64,000 nucleotides of DNA from Auanema rhodensis (taxonomy: Eukaryota; Animalia; Nematoda). Below the pieces are notes generated by a model. That model worked only from the letters and a program-made list of their open reading frames with translations, was not told the origin of the DNA and made no database searches. Both the position numbers and the translations under genes were made by a program. Positions 57,257-64,000 of this stretch are shown here, piece by piece; within the stretch, counting starts at the first letter, position 1, and every line of letters begins with the position of its first letter. Location: NCBI GenBank assembly GCA_964057225.1, contig OZ059899.1, positions 14,756,001-14,820,000 on the forward strand, in the 5' to 3' direction.

Positions 57257-58920
57257 ATGTCGGGGGAGAGTGTTGAAGACACGTCAACGACAACGATGAC
57301 GGCGACGTCTCCGGAATCGTCAGCCATCCTAACGACGACTACCACAATGACAGAATGTGCCGGTTGCCAATTGCCAATACATGACAGGTGAGCAGAATAA
57401 CTCAATTTTCGCATTTTATCTTTTGAATTATCGAATTTGAATTTTTAAACAATTGTATTGTTTCTGCCGGTATTTTTTTACATTACATCTTTGAGAAGCT
57501 GCAAAATGCTCTGAGTATTCAGCTTATTCGTTACTATTTCCAACCTTTTTTTACACTTTATCTCTATTATATTGACGACTATATTTTTATTTTTAATTTT
57601 CGCCATATTACTCCATCAGAATTCATCGATTTTCAGTTAGTTCTATGCTATTTCAGAGTTCGTTTTTTTCCTTTTAAAATCTATTTTTTTCTTAATATTC
57701 TTTCTTAACGTCTACTCGAAGTTATGATCTATGTTTGGTTAGCATCTGCTTTTCCGGCAGGAGAGTCAGATGATAAGCTGGAAAATCGATAGCAACCTGA
57801 TGAAATGAGTAATAAGTATGAGGAACATTGTATAATTTTACTTTCATCTATGCATATACATTGACTTTTTCCTACCCAAATCTGGTTCTCATCTTGTGTA
57901 TTTTATCCTTTTCCTCCTTTTTTTTCTCTAAAAATTGTCTTTTTTCTTTCCGTTCGTTGTGCTAAGACTTGTATTTTTCGTTTATTCCTACCTTACTTCT
58001 CAATTTCTTTTCTAATATATTTCTCCCTCTATCACCCTTTATATCTCTCTCTCTATCTCTCTCTCTCTCTCTCTCTTTCTATTTCTGAATTAGCCAACTA
58101 TAGCTACTTTCTACCTGGTATTCGCTTCCTTATACGTGTGAGTGTTTTTTGACAATCAATCTGCTGTCTGTCTTGTAAAATGTTTTTTTCCACGCGTCCT
58201 AGGTAACGTAATGCTATGCTCGAACTTGGGTTTCTCTCTTGAAAAATCCCGAACTTGTTTTTATCTTATTGCTCATCATTCAGTAATTTATAGTTTACTA
58301 CGTTGTTCTGTATTCATATGACTGTGTATCTCCTCATACTTGGAGGAACAATCATAGTTTTCCGTTGTGTGTCTGTTACATGTTCACTTCATTTCGGCTT
58401 GCTATCATCATATTCTCATCAGAAATCTATCTTCTATGTCTGGTAGTAGTGTATTTCGGTTTGCATCTCTCATCTGATCCCCCCTCTTCTCCGTTTCTCT
58501 TCTTTTCTTCTGTTGTGGTGCTTGCCTTCTCAGCATCCGGAGAAGAGCGATCGACAAACCAACCGGCTTTTAGCCTGTTGCTACTCCAGGGTCCTGGGAC
58601 CCAGTTGTCTGCCTTATTTGGAACTACCGTATACCGTCAGTGAGAGGAAGAGCAGTAAGATGGGTGTGGAGAGAGAAGGGGTAAGAGAGATGAGTAAACG
58701 GGGTGGTGAAAGAGAAATAAGAGAGAAGAAGGGTTCTTTCTAAAAGTGCTGTGGATAGGTCCCGTGAGGAAAAGAGCAAAAGCGGTGACATAGGGCTTAA
58801 GGAAAGACGGGTATAAAGATCATATGTAGGTGCAGGATAGTTAGCTGCAACTTCTTTACTCTCGCTACCTTTAGCAGAGAGTCAAGACAGCTAAAGGGGA
58901 CGAGGAAAGTAAAAGAGAGC

Positions 58921-58956
<36 letters not shown>

Positions 58957-61900
58957 GGAAGAAGAAAAAATATTTCCAAGTGAAAGAGAGAGCCTTGCTC
59001 ATGTTGATGCCAAACATTCCAAATATGAAAATTCGAGATGACACGAATGTGCTTGTCATCAGACAGCTCTAGGATATGCCATTTGCAGTCAAAATTTAGC
59101 TGATAAATCACGCTGGATCGTTTTGATATGAGTTATCTGTATTTTAGCTTAACCATATACATAGAATATAATAAAAAACATTAGTTATATGCATGTATCA
59201 ATGTTGTTTCATGATTATTGAAAAGAAAATTGTTAATATTTTCCATTTTATAGGTACTTATTGAATGTTTTGGACAAGTCATGGCATCAGGCTTGTCTTC
59301 GATGCTTCGATTGCCTATCACCTATGACAGAGACGTGCTACACGAAGGATAATCTCATACTATGTAAAGAAGATTTTTACCGGTAAGTATATAGTCTCTA
59401 CTTGGCTGATTCTCTTCTCTGCATCCTCGAAAAAGAACGAATAACTCGTTTGTGATTTCACATGTACAGCATTGAGAACATGCTGTAAGCGCTACTAACT
59501 TGCATCACGTTTACAGCCGATATGTGCAACATTGTGCCGGATGTGAAGAAGCTTTACGTAAAGAAGATCTGGTACGACGTGCTCGAGATAAGGTTTTTCA
59601 TCTGCATTGCTTTGTCTGCTCCATCTGTCAACGTCGTCTGGATACTGGCGAACAGGTTAGTTATTCAAAATATCAGATCTTTGCCATATGCTATGCAAGT
59701 GAATAGAAATAGGTGTGAGGGTGGATATGAGAATATTAAGAATATCATGCATATTAGCTTCATGTTACATTTAATCTTTTTCCTTAATCGATTGTTCATC
59801 GTCTAGTCTAATGAGTCTGTTAGGCGAAAGCAGCTGCCTTTATAGCCTTGTTGAGCTAACACCGGTCTGATCAATTTACTCACATCGAGCCTAGTAATTC
59901 CAGGTTGTCTGGAATCTGATTATTCCAGTGAATACTGATGAAATTAAAATTAGACATTATAATTCTTTTAAAAATGTTTTAAGAAGAATAAAAAACTAAA
60001 TAAAGATTAGAAAATTGAAAACAAAGGTAGGAGTGAAGAGAGAGAGGGGACTGGGTAATTATGAAAAGAGAATTAAAATAATCAATATATCACATAATTT
60101 CTTATGTATTCTTACGTGTATAGTATAATTTGTTTTTCACGTGAGTTTCACGTATAATTTACTTATTCCATTTCTTTGCAATAGATGCTATGGAATGGTT
60201 GAATTCTTATCTCAAACTTACCTTTCCTTTCTATTGAATTCATTTACGTCTCTTTCACAATCTCTCTCCATCTCTCTATCTCTGTCTCACTCTTTTCTTT
60301 ATATAGTATATCTACTTATACTTATATAGATATTTCACCCTCTGCTCTATCTTAAACTCCATCTAGTGAAGGGAGGGAGAGGAGGGTGCGGGGGGGGGGG
60401 TTCTAGGTGAAAGCAGTTGAAGTTAAAAGCCAAAGAAAAGCTTGATACTTCTTCTTCTAACTGAAGAATGATGGCATCTGATGATAAGTATGTGAGAGTC
60501 CCGCTCGCCATCATATGAAACTTGGTGAGTGTGAGGGAAGGCTTGAAGGGACCTCAAGGCTGGAGGTTGTTGTTTGATTCTTTGTTGTTTTTCGAATAAA
60601 AAAAAAACTAAAAAAAACCTTTTTCTTCTCATAAAGCTTTGCAAGGGATAGACTCGTCTCAGTTTTGCACATTTTCAGCTGTATATCATGGAAGGTAATA
60701 GATTTGTGTGCCAAAACGATTTTCAAAACACGACGAAAAGCTCAACGCCGTCTTCAACATCAGCTAGACCAGGTATTTCTTAATGAAATCTTCTATTTTC
60801 TCATATTTTACGTTTGAATAAGCTTCTGTTATGATGTCTGTAAATTGAATATCTGCTTGCTGTTAGTATGCTATGGGTACAATATGATTTTTACCATAAT
60901 CCGTCATCTGCCTATGCAGTAGTTAGCAACTACGGTGACATGACTGCTAAATCATAATCCTTTTTTTCGTTCTTGCTCGTAAGAATTTGGTTGGTCTTTG
61001 TGTACATCCATGACGTATGACCTCTCATTTACCTCTATTTCTCTTGCTGCATGTCTTCCTCTTGTCTCTCTCTCTCTCTTGCTCGCTCGGTTTCTCTCTC
61101 GGTCTTTCTCTCTCCCTCTCTCTCTCTGAGTATAGCATAGTCTCTCTTATACTACTACTTTTATTCATCAATTCAGTACACAGTATTCAATACTACTCAA
61201 CTGTTGAGAATCCATAAAAAGGAAAACTAGTGATTCTTGTTTTCATTCACTATTTGTAGTTCTTACTTTCTACTTGCAGTAATCTCTCTCCCTCTCTATC
61301 TCTCTCTCCCTCTCTCTCTATCTATATCTTGGTCTCTCTCACTTTTTCAACTGGATGGGTCCTAGTGCGAAATAAGAAGAGATTGAATAATCTTCATATA
61401 GGATGATATGAACTGATGCGGTGAACCATATGTGTGGAACAGCTTTTGCTTGCTCCATCTATATCCTGCTTGTGTCGTCGGGTTTGCAAGACAGAACATA
61501 AGATTAAAGCTACTGAATATCGGATTAGCAGTCTGTCTGGGAGAAGAGTTTACTGCCTAGTAATGCTTAACTATATCGCGCATGTGCAACTGTTTGCTCA
61601 TCGCATCTGAACTAATACAGTCGGCTGGATGCGAGAGATGTGATTGAATCGGATGCCGAAAACACATGTTCACATCTTCCTGCTTTTCTTTCATGTACAT
61701 ACTGATCCTTATATGGTCTTCCGTATCTATTGTGATTCAAATCAGTTGGCATCTTTTGTGTTCTTTCTATTCTTTGGTGTTAGGTTAGAGGGACTATAGC
61801 ATGATATGAGTCTAATGGCAGACGGTTAAGAACAAAGAGTTTGCGATGGCATGTTGTACCGCATCTCCTCATCTATGCTTCTTTACAATCTTCATAATCA

Positions 61901-62700
61901 TTCTGCTATTCTTTTGATTTTTTCTTTTCTTTTACAGATGTTTCTCTATCTAATGGTTCTGAATGTAATTCGGATGCCGATGATGAAAACGTAGATGCTT
62001 CCGATGACGTGAGTACTACATCTTATCCCCTTCATTATTCTAATATCATAGATACAGTTGGATGATGTAGATGGCGATAAAGGCGATGATTCAGCAGCTG
62101 CTAAACGACGTGGCCCTAGAACGACAATCAAAGCTAAACAGGCAAGTTTGTTAATTCACGCGTTTTTGTTGCTACTACTGCTGTTGCCATTGCATCCATG
62201 TCCCAAGTTTCTCAATTTTCGATCCTCGATCGGCATCGGCTTTTTCATAGTTTTTCCTTCATGTTGTTCTATTATTTGTTCTTTTGAAATGCTGTTGAAA
62301 CAGCTTTGGAACTGCTGAACCATCTTGTTGTTTCTGGTTGCAAATTGGAAATGATTGATTCAGCCGAAAACGGATGTACAGCCCTGAAGGAAAAAAAGTT
62401 TGAGATGAGAAACAGCCGAGAAGGTCGTTGATGGTGAATGAGGACACACAGCCGCTCATAATCCTGTATCAAACGGGAAAAAAAAGCCAAAAATTGTAGT
62501 TTTTGCCATTTTCGTCTCATTTTCCTTGCGACAATGACGTCGCAACATAAATTGTTTTTTGAATGATTTGAGACCGTTTTTCTGATTTATTTTTTCAGTT
62601 AGAAACGCTGAAGAACGCATTTGCTACTACACCCAAGCCTACTAGACATATTCGAGAACAATTAGCTGTGGAAACAGGATTAAATATGCGAGTAATACAA
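57257..62700 (+). CDS. lin-11: LIM-homeobox transcription factor LIN-11 (Lhx1/5 class); 3' end lies beyond the window, start codon tentative
   Basis: LIM1 [11 protein letters not shown]|[17 protein letters not shown]; LIM2 CAGCEE...[15 protein letters not shown]; homeodomain [13 protein letters not shown]|[34 protein letters not shown]; the VWFQN exon was not seen before 64000. Confidence 0.93.
58923..58952. repeat. (GA)n microsatellite in a lin-11 intron
   Basis: Read directly from the sequence. Confidence 0.9.
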
Positions 62701-63616
62701 GTACGTTCATAACTGATTTTTCAAAGCAAAATAGCTTTTGACTATACTTCGTTCTGCTGTCTAGACACCCAGATGGCTGGCTAATATCTGCTGATATCAA
62801 GCTGCCTTCACTGGGGTTGACGCAGATATCTGAAGTTGAAAGACTTCGTGTTGGAGATTCTTATTACTTTTCATCGAAAATACAATAATGTCATCCGGGT
62901 TTTCGATTTTCAAGAATGATATGCAGGAATTAGCTTGTTACTATATCTGATCGAAGTGATGTGAGTGATGTGTGTTAACACGATATTCTATGCCATGCGC
63001 TAGTGATGATGAAATTTTAAAACACCGTGAATCTACAACGAGAGTGTAAGGCAGGGGACAAAGAGAATGAGATAGAGAGAAAAGAGGGAGCTAGAAAGAG
63101 AGAGAGAGAAAGGAGAGAGAGAGGAGAAAGAGAGAGAGATGAGAAAGAAAAAAGACCATAGACAGAAAGAGAAACCAAAGATAGTTGTGTGAAGCGAGTT
63201 GAACCGGATGATTACATTCAGTCTCTCTTCTCTGTATCTCTTCGAAACACATAATGCTCCATTCTCATTTCCCTCGGTCCTTTAATTCACCTACATCTCT
63301 CTGGGGACCAACGGCAATTCAATTACCGTATGCTGGCTGACTGAAGCCTCATGGACCTACGGGCACACTGTCCTTGCCATACAGCATTCTGATGCCTCTA
63401 GCCATATGGCTCTTTCTTTTTGCACACTCTCTTCACTTCTATTTATTCCCCTTTATTCGTCTATCTCGTTTTCTCTCTATGTTGAACTAGCTCTTTCTCT
63501 GTGTGTCTGACTTTTCAGCCTGTTTATGTGAAAAAAAAGGTTCAAAGAAGAAAGATATGAAAACAGGAAGATGAGTCTCAGGCACACATATACGTCTATA
63601 TACATATAGACATATG

Positions 63617-63621
<5 letters not shown>

Positions 63622-63661
<40 letters not shown>
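63622..63661. repeat. (TC)n microsatellite in a lin-11 intron
   Basis: Read directly from the sequence. Confidence 0.95.
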
Positions 63662-63664
<3 letters not shown>

Positions 63665-64000
63665 GTGACATTACTCTTTCATTTTGAAAGAAGAAGAAGC
63701 AAGAAGCACAAATGTTGTGTTATCTGGCTGCTTTTCTGATCTTCGTTTCGTTGATTTTTGCGATTTTTCTTGGCTCCTTATCAGCAGAACAACATCTGTG
63801 CTCTTGCCGATGATGCGTCTTGCTCACCGTGCATTAGGATGTAGAAATCATGGAACATCTGACGGATCTTTAAAATGGAAAACGGGAGTAAGTGAGGAAG
63901 AAGGTTGAAGATAAAGTGGACGATAAGAGGCTTCAATGTTGAAGGCTGGTGACGATGTCGGGTTTCCTTGAGAGACAAATCTTCAGAGCTCTTATTGAGA

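Overview
AT-rich eukaryotic genomic DNA from a rhabditid (clade V-like) nematode. It is gene-dense with many ~40-50 nt introns, so the ORF track is fragmentary and the genes below were assembled by hand from splice junctions. About 15 genes, in order: LysM protein (lmd-2-like, +), rpl-4 (-), giant UBR4/p600 E3 ligase (+), MID+RRM piRNA factor pid-3/pics-1 (+), zig-1 (+), ensa-1 (-), ash-2 (+), dhps-1 (+), TMEM98 (+), EFL1 GTPase (+), nhr-49 (+), nhr-69 (+), FAM192A/PSME3IP1 (+), mRNA cap N7-methyltransferase RNMT (+) and LIM-homeobox lin-11 (+, runs off the window). I found no convincing rRNA, tRNA, CRISPR or intact transposon. Most notable: (1) a perfect 259-bp copy of the RNMT last-exon junction placed upstream of lin-11, ending in an in-frame stop; (2) strongly degenerate 3' splice sites (AAG/GAG, purine-rich) that appear to be chosen by intron length; (3) a PETISCO-type pid-3 orthologue; (4) operon-like spacers and recurrent promoter motifs. 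Orthology and synteny statements come from my recall of C. elegans sequences and gene names, not from a database search.
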